From assembly GCF_963921235.1 (NCBI RefSeq), contig NC_086097.1, forward strand, positions 42,348,001 to 42,412,000: DNA of 64,000 nucleotides, read 5' to 3'. Position numbers and translations under genes: made by a program. The notes below the pieces were generated by a model that searched no databases, was not told the DNA's origin, and saw only the letters and a list, made by a program, of their open reading frames with translations. The DNA is from Mobula hypostoma (Eukaryota). How positions within the stretch are numbered: position 1 is the stretch's first letter; each line of letters opens with the position of its first letter. This document shows, piece by piece, positions 63,505 to 64,000 of the stretch.

Positions 63505-64000
63505 CACTAAAAATGCTCCCCTACCAAGAGGTCTGCCACCTGACCAGGTTCATTACCCAGAACTAGATCCAGTATGGCCTCTCCAATCGTCGGCCAGTCC
63601 ACATACTGTGTCGGGAATCCTTCTTCAACACTCCTGACAATTTCAGCCCCGTCTATCCCCTTTGCAGTCAGGAGGTGCCAGTCAATATGAGGGAAGTTGG
63701 AATCACCCATAACCACAACCCTGTATTTCTCGCACCATTCTAAAATCTGCCTGCTTATCTGCTCCTCGGTGTCCCAAGGGCTATTTAGGGGCCTATAGAC
63801 CACTCTCAGCATAGTGACTGATCCCTTTCTATTTCTGACTTCCACCCACACCGACTCAGTGGACACTCCCTCTACAGCGTCCTCCCTTTCTATAGCCGTG
63901 ATACTATCCCTGACCAGTAATGCTACTCCCCTCACACCCCCTTTCTACCTCCCATCCTATCCCTTTTAAAACACCTAAACCCCGGTACCTGCATCAGCCA
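63505..64000 (-). mobile_element. CR1 ORF2 endonuclease fragment (runs off the window); a separate CR1 3' end lies at 63090-63325
   Basis: GVALLVRD, ESVWVE, VYRP, VMGDSNFPHIDW, ILDLVL. Confidence 0.88.

Overview
This is eukaryotic, repeat-saturated DNA, most likely intronic or intergenic sequence from a cartilaginous fish. A ray or shark is inferred from the CR1 LINEs with (TTCTATG)n and (TCTTATGG)n tails, the HE1/V-type SINEs and the characteristic Penelope-derived repeats. I can support no host protein-coding exon, rRNA, tRNA gene or CRISPR array; nearly all listed ORFs are decayed transposon fragments or their antisense shadows. The window holds many CR1, Rex1/Babar, RTE, L1 and HERO (restriction-like endonuclease) LINE pieces, two Mag-like Gypsy proviruses, two solo LTRs, Penelope-like elements (PLEs), SINEs, and Tc1 and hAT MITEs, often deeply nested. 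Most notable: (1) a young 4.4-kb Gypsy provirus with no tRNA primer-binding site; the 15 nt after its 5' LTR are the perfect complement of the LTR's own AATAAA segment (candidate self-priming or poly(A) masking), and its RT motif reads YLDN; (2) minimal hammerhead ribozymes on short PLE-derived fold-back elements, some copies flanked by target-site duplications (TSDs); (3) a hammerhead-like motif set in a non-canonical order in the HERO 3' UTR; (4) a 5'-intact, 3'-truncated L1 flanked by a perfect 15-bp TSD. All family names come from motif recognition by eye, not database searches, and boundaries of old repeats are approximate.
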